A DNA stretch of 64,000 nt, from the NCBI GenBank assembly GCA_031263025.1, contig JAISGO010000016.1:28018-92017 (forward strand), read 5' to 3'. Every line of letters starts with the position of its first letter. Positions within the stretch are counted from its first letter, which is position 1. Shown piece after piece: positions 18,072 to 24,076 of the stretch. Origin of the DNA: Coriobacteriales bacterium. Lineage in GTDB: Bacteria > Actinomycetota > Coriobacteriia > Coriobacteriales > UBA8131. Made by a program: the position numbers and the translations under genes. Below the pieces are notes generated by a model that did not search any database, was not told the DNA's origin, and worked only from the letters and a program-made list of their open reading frames with translations.

Positions 18072-18251
18072 ATGAGTCAGCAAGAAATCGAACATCTAGT
18101 GGGCGAGGTCAACGCGACCTTAGCTATTGAAGGCTTGCCTCTCAAAGAGAAAGAAAAAGACGACCTCCGCTCCATCCTCAGTGGCCAAGCCACTTACGAA
18201 TCTGTCCGAAAACGCCTCATCGCCCAATACCGTCAACCTGCCGCCAGCTGA
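18072..18251 (+). CDS. VbhA-like Fic antitoxin (59 aa)
   Basis: Own translation MSQQEIEHLVGEVNATLAIEGLPLKEKEKDDLRSILSGQATYESVRKRLIAQYRQPAAS, below the track cutoff. Contains the inhibitory motif TLAIEG ((S/T)xxxE(G/N)) in the same context as VbhA (NALASQRLEGL). The stop overlaps the next ATG (TGATGA). Confidence 0.7.
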   Translation: MSQQEIEHLVGEVNATLAIEGLPLKEKEKDDLRSILSGQATYESVRKRLIAQYRQPAAS

Positions 18252-18361
18252 TGAGTGATTATTCTTATGAATATGATCAGGACTCGAGCTATTGCTATCC
18301 CGGATCCAGCGTTCTCATCAACAAGCTCAACATAACCGTCTTGATCAGAATGGGCATTTGA
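18251..18361 (+). pseudogene. Truncated class I Fic toxin gene (only about 29 N-terminal codons retained)
   Basis: MSDYSYEYDQDSSYCYPGSSVLINKLNIT matches the usual N-terminus of VbhT-type Fic toxins (YCYPG..VL.NKL.I). Homology stops at about 18338, where the 47-bp junction repeat begins. Stop at 18359-18361. Confidence 0.6.
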
Positions 18362-18386
18362 CAAGAGAACAGATGTTCGCTATTAT
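18340..18386. repeat. 47-bp junction repeat Y, copy 1
   Basis: CTTGATCAGAATGGGCATTTGACAAGAGAACAGATGTTCGCTATTAT is identical by eye to 21026-21072. In one frame it reads LDQNGHLTREQMFAI, and that frame ends in a TGA overlapping the rhuM ATG. Confidence 0.8.
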
Positions 18387-18410
18387 TAGAAGACGAAATG
18401 AGAGAACAAC

Positions 18411-19445
18411 ATGACTAATCAACGACAAGCCGCAATAGAGCAAAGCATGATGTCCCAAGACGTTGTTTTATTCTCATCCGCAAACGGGGATGTAAGGATT
18501 GAAGTCCTTTATTCTGGAGAAACCCTTTGGCTGTCACAAAAACGTTTGGCAGAGTTATTTGATGTTGATCGCTCTGTCATTACCAAGCACCTAAAGAACA
18601 TTTTTGAATCTGGTGAATTACAGGAAAATCAAGTATGTGCAAATTTTGCACATACTGCAGAAGATGGCAAAACGTATGATACTAAGTTCTATAATCTGGA
18701 TGCCATCATCTCTGTCGGATATCGTGTGAACTCGCTGCGTGCAACGGCCTTTAGAAAATGGGCGACGGGCGTGCTCAAAGAATACATGCAGAAGGGTTTT
18801 GCGTTAGATGACGAGCGACTGGCTCAAGGCAAGACCCTGCTGGGCAAAGATTACTTCCGCGAGTTGCTCGAGCGTATTCGCTCGATTCGTGCCAGTGAAC
18901 GACGCATATACCAGCAGATAACGGACATATTCCAAGAATGCAGCATTGACTATGACCGCAATTCACCTGTTACCCATGAGTTTTTCGCAATGGTGCAAAA
19001 TAAATTCCATTATGCGATTACCGGAAAAACTGCTCCGGAGATTATAAGTACATCAGCGGATAAAAACGAACCCAATATGGGGCTCAAAACATGGAAACAC
19101 TCGCCAGACGGGCGCATATTAAGATCCGATGTCACTATCGCAAAAAATTACCTGGATGGACAACAGCTTCGCAGACTTGAACGCGCCGTATCCGGATTCT
19201 TCGATTATATCGAGGACTTAGTTGAAGACGAAAATACTTTTACCATGCAAGAGTTCGCAGATAGCGTAAACGAGTTTTTGGAATTCAGGCGTTTTAGGAT
19301 TCTACCCGATAAGGGTAGGATTTCCAAACAACAGGCAGACAAGATAGCCGTTGCGGAATATGACGAGTTCAATAAGACCCAGAAAATTCTGTCAGATTTT
19401 GATAAAAGACTACAAGCAAGCGAGAATGCAGATGCAGCCGAATAA
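18411..19445 (+). CDS. rhuM: RhuM family protein
   Basis: 344 aa. VRIEVLYSGETLWLSQKRLAELF.VDRSVITKHLKNIF, ISVGYRVNS..A..FRKWAT and IRASERR.YQQITDIF are hallmarks of RhuM-family proteins commonly found with Fic or type I R-M genes. Confidence 0.8.
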   Translation: MTNQRQAAIEQSMMSQDVVLFSSANGDVRIEVLYSGETLWLSQKRLAELFDVDRSVITKHLKNIFESGELQENQVCANFAHTAEDGKTYDTKFYNLDAIISVGYRVNSLRATAFRKWATGVLKEYMQKGFALDDERLAQGKTLLGKDYFRELLERIRSIRASERRIYQQITDIFQECSIDYDRNSPVTHEFFAMVQNKFHYAITGKTAPEIISTSADKNEPNMGLKTWKHSPDGRILRSDVTIAKNYLDGQQLRRLERAVSGFFDYIEDLVEDENTFTMQEFADSVNEFLEFRRFRILPDKGRISKQQADKIAVAEYDEFNKTQKILSDFDKRLQASENADAAE

Positions 19446-19540
19446 CGGTCAAAATATAGCTGCTGTGGCGGGGGAGGCTGAAGGACAACTATTCGAAAAA
19501 TTCGAGTAGTTCAAAAAGAAGGCAGTATCTCTATTTGTTT

Positions 19541-19684
19541 GGGAACGCTGTACCAAAAAAGCAGGAACAGCGTTCCAGAAACGGGAACGTGATTCCAAGG
19601 AACGGGAACGCTCGGTCAGAAAAACTGAGGCCGCCATCGCCTGCGGCCTCGCGATAGTTTCTACAACTTGGTAGATCTGCTTGG
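19541..19684. repeat. Junction repeat X, copy A (GGAAC-N3-GTTCC palindromes + hairpin + CTTGGTAGATCT)
   Basis: Aligns with 20886-21008. Best conserved over 19604-19684 vs 20930-21008. The hairpin GAGGCCGC/GCGGCCTC is replaced in copy B by GAGACC/GGTCTC (compensatory changes). Confidence 0.75.
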
Positions 19685-19921
19685 TATCACTACGAGTGTC
19701 ATCGAGTCGCTGTACTATGAAGGCTTGAAACGCGAGGAAATTGAGACTTTGCTCGGGCCTAAGTCGAAAACAGCCTGGGATGCCTATCGGACTTCATGAT
19801 CGATGTCCTGCAGGCACTTTACTATGACGTTAGCGACGGAGTGATCGGGCGGTGAGTATTCGCAGCCAAAGGAGTGTCCCGTTGGTGCAAATTCTAATGG
19901 CTCTGCAGTAGCGGAGCCATT

Positions 19922-20521
19922 TTGCTTGTTAAAAAGAAATTGATCATTCAAGATGCTATTGTTTGGGCTTCTGCGATAAATGTTCGCGGTGCAACACACG
20001 CTATCATGGATTGGTACCATAACCCCGGTAAGTTCCCGGATGAATATACGCCGCAAGACTTCATAGAGGGGCGCGGTCGTACCATTCGCAGGAATCCGCT
20101 ACTTGCCGAGACTATGTATTATTCAAAGGATATTGAGAGCTTCGGTACCGGCCTCAAGAAAATCGCCATGGAGTGCGTCGCTGCTGGTGTCAGGTATGCC
20201 TTTGATTGTGGCAGCGTAGGGTTTACCGCTATCTTTTATCGGCCGGAGCTGGCAAAAGACGATGCAACCGTCTCTGTCACCTCTTTGGGAACCTCTGTAA
20301 CCGATAAGGTGACAGAGGCCGTGTCAGAGAAGGTTACAGAGGAAGATAGAGCGGTTCTTTCTCTTATTGCAGAGAAGCCTGGCATCACTCAAAATCAGAT
20401 GGCTGGCTCTTTAGGCGTTAGTCGCAAGACTATCGCTAAGCGAATCAAATCCTTAAAAGACAAAAAACAGATAAAACGCATAGGCTCGGATACAAAAGGT
20501 TACTGGGAAATCATCAGCTAG
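19922..20521 (+). pseudogene. 3' fragment of an AlbA_2/HATPase_c_4-type (RecG-C-terminal-like) regulator gene
   Basis: NPGKFPDEYTPQDFIEGRGRTIRRNPLLAETMYYSKDIESFGTGLKKI, a repetitive linker (SVTDKVTEAVSEKVTEE) and a C-terminal wHTH (ITQNQMAGSLGVSRKTIAKRIKSLKDKKQIKRIGSDTKGYWEII) match only the C-terminal half of this family. The N-terminal AlbA_2 domain is missing and there is no ATG start. Confidence 0.55.
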
Positions 20522-20555
20522 TCGCGTCGGTGTCTTCACATGTTTAAGATCGCAT

Positions 20556-20620
20556 TTCCAAGAAAGCGGGAACAGTGTTCCGGAAAATGGGAACGTGGTT
20601 CCGGGAAGCGGGAACGGTTT
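20556..20620. repeat. Third array of GGAAC-N3-GTTCC palindromes
   Basis: GGAACAGTGTTCC at 20569-20581 and GGAACGTGGTTCC at 20590-20602 (21 bp apart), plus a half site at 20610. Confidence 0.5.
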
Positions 20621-20715
20621 CTTTGGTTTGACCGGAAGATGGGCTTTTACCAGTATGCTCCTGCGGGAGGATGATATCCTCCCCTACGGTGTTGGCGGCT
20701 CTGTTTTGTGAAATC

Positions 20716-20738
20716 GGCGGGCGACAGGATGTCGCCCC
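20716..20738. repeat. GC hairpin repeat GAAATCGGCGGGCGACA-GGA-TGTCGCCC, copy 1
   Basis: Same arms and left flank as 38313-38337, where the loop is TCC instead of GGA. Confidence 0.5.
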
Positions 20739-20802
20739 TACTGGATTGCCGCGTCGCTTTTGGCTCCTCGCAATGACAAACGGGGGCTGTTATTATCAGG
20801 CG

Positions 20803-20870
20803 GGAATTCCGCATTTTGCCGATTCGAAATTCCCCATATTGCCGACGGAAATTCCACGGATTGTCGACGG
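20803..20870. repeat. Three tandem 22-23-bp direct repeats (iteron-like)
   Basis: GGAATTCC-GCATT-TTGCCGA-TTC / GAAATTCC-CCATA-TTGCCGA-CG / GAAATTCC-ACGGA-TTGTCGA-CGG, starting at 20803, 20826 and 20848. Confidence 0.6.
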
Positions 20871-20885
20871 TGCCTCTAGCCGTTT

Positions 20886-21008
20886 AGGAACACTGTTCCA
20901 AGAAAGCGGGAACACGATTACGAAGAGCGGGAACGCTGCGTCGGAAAAACTGAGACCGCCATCGTTGGAGGTCTCGCAATAGCTTCTACAGCTTGGTAGA
21001 TCTACTGG
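20886..21008. repeat. Junction repeat X, copy B
   Basis: See 19541-19684. Contains GGAACACTGTTCC at 20887-20899 and the hairpin GAGACC...GGTCTC. Confidence 0.75.
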
Positions 21009-21025
21009 TCATTATTATAAACTGG

Positions 21026-21072
21026 CTTGATCAGAATGGGCATTTGACAAGAGAACAGATGTTCGCTATTAT
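21026..21072. repeat. 47-bp junction repeat Y, copy 2
   Basis: Identical by eye to 18340-18386. Here it lies immediately upstream of the BRO-like gene. Confidence 0.8.
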
Positions 21073-21078
21073 GGAGGG

Positions 21079-21779
21079 ATGGAAAAGAGAGATTCGACAA
21101 ATCAGATCAGCAATCGCCTTTTTGACGGGCGGCAGATACGCACGGTTTGGGATGCCGAGGCGGGGGAGTATTATGTGTCCATAGTGGATGCAGTTGCGGT
21201 CCTGACGGATAATGATTATCAAGGGGCCGCAAATATTGGAAAGTCTTAAAAGAGCGTTTGCGCGAGGAAGGCAATGAACTGGTAACAAATTGTTACCAGT
21301 TGAAAATGCCAGCCGCAGATGGCAAGATGCGTATGACAGACGTTGCTACTCCCAAGCAGCTTCTGCGTATCATCCAGCCAATTCCCAGCAAGAAGGCCGA
21401 GCCCTTCAAAGTGTGGCTTGCAGAGGTTGGCAATGACAGGCTAAACGAGATCCAGGATCCCGAGCTCACGATTGAGCGCGCCATGAAGGAGTACAGAGCC
21501 CTTGGCTATAGTGATGATTGGATCAACCCGCGTCTGCAATCCATCCAGATTCGTAAGGACTTGACGGACGAGTGGGATAAATCCGGAATCGAAGACGAAC
21601 TGGAATACGCGATACTCACAAACCTGATGACGAAGGAATGGTCAGGCAAAAGCGTACAAGAATACAAGGCACATAAGGGCCTGAGGAAAGAGAGCTTGCG
21701 GGATAACATGACAAACACCGAGTTGGTGTTGAACATGCTGGCAGAGACGGCGACCTCGGAAATTCATAAAGCGAGCTAA
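21079..21779 (+). pseudogene. BRO-N / antirepressor-like gene with a 1-nt frameshift
   Basis: Frame 1 (from ATG 21079) reads MEKRDSTNQISNRLFDGRQIRTVWDAEAGEYYVSIVDAVAVLTDNDYQGAA, then stops at 21247. The next frame continues KYWKVLKERLREEGNELVTNCYQLKMPAADGKMRMTDVATPKQLL...KVWLAEVGNDRLNEIQDPE. The two halves form one BRO-family protein if one A is added in the A-run at 21231-21233. Confidence 0.65.
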
Positions 21780-21862
21780 GAGGCAACTTGTGCAAAAATT
21801 GCCTAAGTTCAAGCTTATCGTTTGCCATATAGCGCGTGTTTTTTTGCATTGCATCTGCGGGT

Positions 21863-21891
21863 TTGACAAAGGGAGTAGAAGAAAGTACAAT
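21863..21891 (+). promoter_or_regulatory. Near-consensus sigma-70-type promoter TTGACA-17 nt-TACAAT
   Basis: TTGACA at 21863-21868, an exact 17-nt spacer and TACAAT at 21886-21891, in a non-coding stretch. Confidence 0.5.
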
Positions 21892-21897
21892 TCTCCC

Positions 21898-21959
21898 AGT
21901 TGGACTGGTTCGGTAACCCGGGTCCACCTTAGGCGGGGAAAGTTCCTCGCCATTTTTTT
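21898..21959 (+). ncRNA. Candidate ~60-nt small RNA (promoter to intrinsic terminator)
   Basis: Defined only by the promoter at 21863-21891 and the terminator at 21932-21959. No ORF with a start codon lies in between. Confidence 0.3.
21932..21959 (+). terminator. Intrinsic terminator GGCGGGG-AAAGTT-CCTCGCC-ATTTTTTT
   Basis: 7-bp stem (6 Watson-Crick pairs + 1 G-U) followed by A and a T7 run. Confidence 0.6.
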
Positions 21960-21996
21960 GTAGTCGATTACCTTGGCGTTTATTGATGTTTCAATT

Positions 21997-22026
21997 CAGC
22001 TCACGGACAGTGCTGCCCGTGAGCTG
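21997..22026 (-). terminator. Hairpin downstream of the EncFtn-like gene
   Basis: CAGCTCACGG...CCGTGAGCTG, a 10-bp perfect stem 38 nt after the stop at 22064. No clear T-tract. Confidence 0.45.
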
Positions 22027-22063
22027 GACCTTTGCCGGATTAGGATCAAGCGCGGCGATCCGC

Positions 22064-22390
22064 TTACTTGACCCCGAGCGCCTTGAAGTCGACGCCCATG
22101 GCCTCGGCTTTCTCCATCACCTCGCCCTGGCCTTCGAGCATGAGGTCGGTCTCGCCCGGCGCGACGTGGCGCAGGCAGGCGATCAGCTCACCCATGTGTT
22201 CGCGCTCCTCGTCGCGGATCTCCTCAAAGGTCTTCTTGACCAGCGGATCCGTGGTGGCGCGGCTGTGCGCGTCATACAGGAACATCGCCTCGAGTTCGCT
22301 CGCGATGTCGATGCGCAGGGCCTGGATCAGGTCCTCGGTCTCCATCTTCTGCGGATGTTGTCCCTCGAAAGGATTGGCAAAAGCTGGCAT
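22064..22390 (-). CDS. EncFtn-type (encapsulated-ferritin-like) small ferritin-like protein, with no encapsulin gene nearby
   Basis: 108 aa. ELEAMFLYDAHSRATTDPLVKKTFEEIRDEEREHMGELIACLRH aligns by eye with the Rhodospirillum rubrum EncFtn core as I recall it (ELEAVDWYDQRVDASTDPELTAILAHNRDEEKEHAAMTLEWLRR), including the Glu/Tyr/Glu-x-x-His metal ligands. Confidence 0.65.
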   Translation of the reverse strand: MPAFANPFEGQHPQKMETEDLIQALRIDIASELEAMFLYDAHSRATTDPLVKKTFEEIRDEEREHMGELIACLRHVAPGETDLMLEGQGEVMEKAEAMGVDFKALGVK

Positions 22391-22558
22391 GGTTCTCTCC
22401 CCTCAACCGATTGTCGATACAGAGGCGCGGTCGCTTCGACGGTCATGTCGACGCTCGCGTCCCCTCATCCAAGGAGTATAGCGGATTCGTCGCACGCGCC
22501 GGCCACCCAACCAGAGAATCATTTGTTGGGAAAGCGCAGCGGCGGATTTGAAGCCAGC

Positions 22559-23992
22559 TCAAACCGCGATGGTAAGGGGGCTGCGTTCGCGGGCGTATTC
22601 ATTGACGCGGGAGACGCGTAAATCCCACTGTACGGCCATGGCGGAGGCGAGAGCCTCGGGCATGAGCGGGTTTCGGCAGAGGGTCTCGACGATCACATCA
22701 GCGAAACCATCGAGGGTGGTGGGGTCATACCAAGAATAATCATCCACGTAGCTCATCTGCGTGCTGGGGTATTCCGAGAAGGGTTGGGCCTGGTAGAAGT
22801 AGAGGCGGTCGGTCAAGCTCTCGATCTGGTTGGCCTGGAAGAAGAAGCCGCGGCCGTTGTCGAAGAGGGGAGCGACGCGAGTAAAGGAGAGGCTGTCCAA
22901 ATCGCGGATCAGGCCGAGGTTGCGGGAGTGCCGGTCGATGTTCGCGGTGAGGAAGTCGCAGACGAGCATCTTGGCCAACTGGCGTTCAGCGTGGGGAACG
23001 CCGAGCTTCTGGCAAGCTTCGAGATAGGCGGCATAAAGGTCGCGCTGGGCCATTCCACCGAAACGGGCCATGACGTCAGCCATGGTCACGAGTTCGGTCG
23101 AAGGGTCGATGAAGCAAGGGCAGACCGAGAAAGCCTGTCCGTCGATCTCTTCGATGGTGTAAGGGACATAATCCCCCGGTTCGAGCAACCGTTCGTAAAG
23201 GAGCGTGCTCAGGTACTCGTTGTAAGGTTCCCGTCTGAGCACGTCACCGCCCTTGTAGAGGTAGCTTCGGCCTTCGCGCAACTGCCACCATTTGCTCAGA
23301 TTCCCGCCGGTAGCGGGACTGGGCGAACGGCCGGGAAGGGCGCGGCCAGCGGCCGCATTGTGAAGATGTTCGGGGGGGATGCCGGCGACCTGGCGGCCGA
23401 ACTGGTCAGTGTAGGGATTATCGAAGAAATTCAACTCCTGCCAGCTGAGGCCAGCACCAACGGGGCGGAACCAGAACTGATCGGAGAGGTTGAGGCCATA
23501 GGAACTGAAGAGCAGGTCGGCCGGATCCGTGAGGCCAAGCTGGCCGAGCATCCGAAGGAGATGGGGCCGGGCTTTCGGCATGCAGCGTGCGGCCATCCAT
23601 TCGCGGAAGTTGGCGAGATGCGGCTGGCCCCGCCAGTTGAGTGCGCCGAGTGGGGCATAACGCAGGTCATGGATCTCGCCGATCTCACCCACCCGGCGAT
23701 GCGCGGCGTCATAAACGAAGTCCAGCACCGGCTGCTCGCGGCACATCAGGGTGTAGTCACGTAGCTCGCCGGAATCCTTTACCCCGTAGCGTGGCCGGCC
23801 GTTCAGTTTGGGTCTGCCGAGTCGCGTGCGCACCGAATCGGGGTCGACCAGCCAGTTGCCTCCCAGCCGGGTCGCCTTCAGCTCGCCGGCGCCGATCAGC
23901 GCGCGAACCCGCCGCACCGAGATGCCGAGCACGGTCGCCGTATCGGCGGTGCTTAAGTATTCCGCTTGCGGTATACTTTTCTCATGATCCAT
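22559..23992 (-). CDS. HTH-fused HipA-like Ser/Thr kinase (YjjJ/HipH-like single-gene architecture)
   Basis: N-terminal excisionase/MerR-type HTH (TADTATVLGISVRRVRALIGAGELKATRLGGNWLV). HipA-like core with ATGGNLSKWWQL and the catalytic-loop-like CDFLTANIDRHSRNLGLI. No separate hipB-like gene is adjacent. Confidence 0.8.
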   Translation of the reverse strand: MDHEKSIPQAEYLSTADTATVLGISVRRVRALIGAGELKATRLGGNWLVDPDSVRTRLGRPKLNGRPRYGVKDSGELRDYTLMCREQPVLDFVYDAAHRRVGEIGEIHDLRYAPLGALNWRGQPHLANFREWMAARCMPKARPHLLRMLGQLGLTDPADLLFSSYGLNLSDQFWFRPVGAGLSWQELNFFDNPYTDQFGRQVAGIPPEHLHNAAAGRALPGRSPSPATGGNLSKWWQLREGRSYLYKGGDVLRREPYNEYLSTLLYERLLEPGDYVPYTIEEIDGQAFSVCPCFIDPSTELVTMADVMARFGGMAQRDLYAAYLEACQKLGVPHAERQLAKMLVCDFLTANIDRHSRNLGLIRDLDSLSFTRVAPLFDNGRGFFFQANQIESLTDRLYFYQAQPFSEYPSTQMSYVDDYSWYDPTTLDGFADVIVETLCRNPLMPEALASAMAVQWDLRVSRVNEYARERSPLTIAV

Positions 23993-24023
23993 TAAAAATA
24001 AGTATACCGCAAAGGGAACACTT
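23955..24023. promoter_or_regulatory. Pair of palindromic operator-like sites straddling the hipA-like start codon
   Basis: TTGCGGTATACTT (23966-23978) and AAGTATACCGCAA (24000-24012) are perfect 13-bp inverted repeats around ATG 23992-23990. Each sits in a 24-bp AAGTAT...ACTT unit. Confidence 0.45.
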
Positions 24024-24076
24024 ACAGCATCTCACTCTAAACCGAATCAAGCTATCCTGTTCCAAGAAGAATAATC

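Noticed and set aside
19564-19596. GGAAC-N3-GTTCC palindromes as LexA (Cheo/SOS) boxes, tempting because BRO/DinD-like genes are nearby
   Set aside because: The Gram-positive SOS box is GAAC-N4-GTTC. Here the spacer is consistently 3 nt, so the half sites are out of register.
20671-20982. 103-aa ORF across the iteron-like repeats and junction repeat X
   Set aside because: It has no SD. It runs through tandem DNA repeats and a hairpin, and ends inside repeat X, whose other copy has stops in that frame. It is treated as non-coding, although decay of a former gene cannot be excluded.
21899-21931. tRNA-like fragment (GGTTCGG...) as a possible integration att site at the island edge
   Set aside because: The sequence cannot be folded into a T-arm plus acceptor stem (no complementary 5-bp T-stem, no CCA-proximal acceptor pairing). 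No matching direct repeat was found at the other island border.
16446-22060. Discrete integrated element (prophage or ICE) with att repeats and an integrase
   Set aside because: There is no integrase, recombinase, relaxase or structural phage gene, and no flanking direct repeats were found. The patch looks like a decayed mosaic rather than an intact mobile element.
21790-22063. Encapsulin shell gene expected downstream of the EncFtn-like gene
   Set aside because: Only 270 bp of non-coding sequence with a promoter, a terminator and hairpins lies there. The minus-strand ORFs 21616-21953 are antisense artefacts of the BRO gene with no HK97-fold-like features.
22784-23764. 326-aa plus-strand ORF antisense to the hipA-like gene
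   Set aside because: It lies entirely within and antisense to a gene with clear HipA motifs. It is a Glu/Gly/Ala/Val-rich GC-frame artefact.
23993-24076. yybP-ykoY (Mn) riboswitch upstream of mntP
   Set aside because: The 84-nt spacer is too short and shows none of the conserved riboswitch blocks I remember. It is mostly occupied by the hipA-side palindrome.
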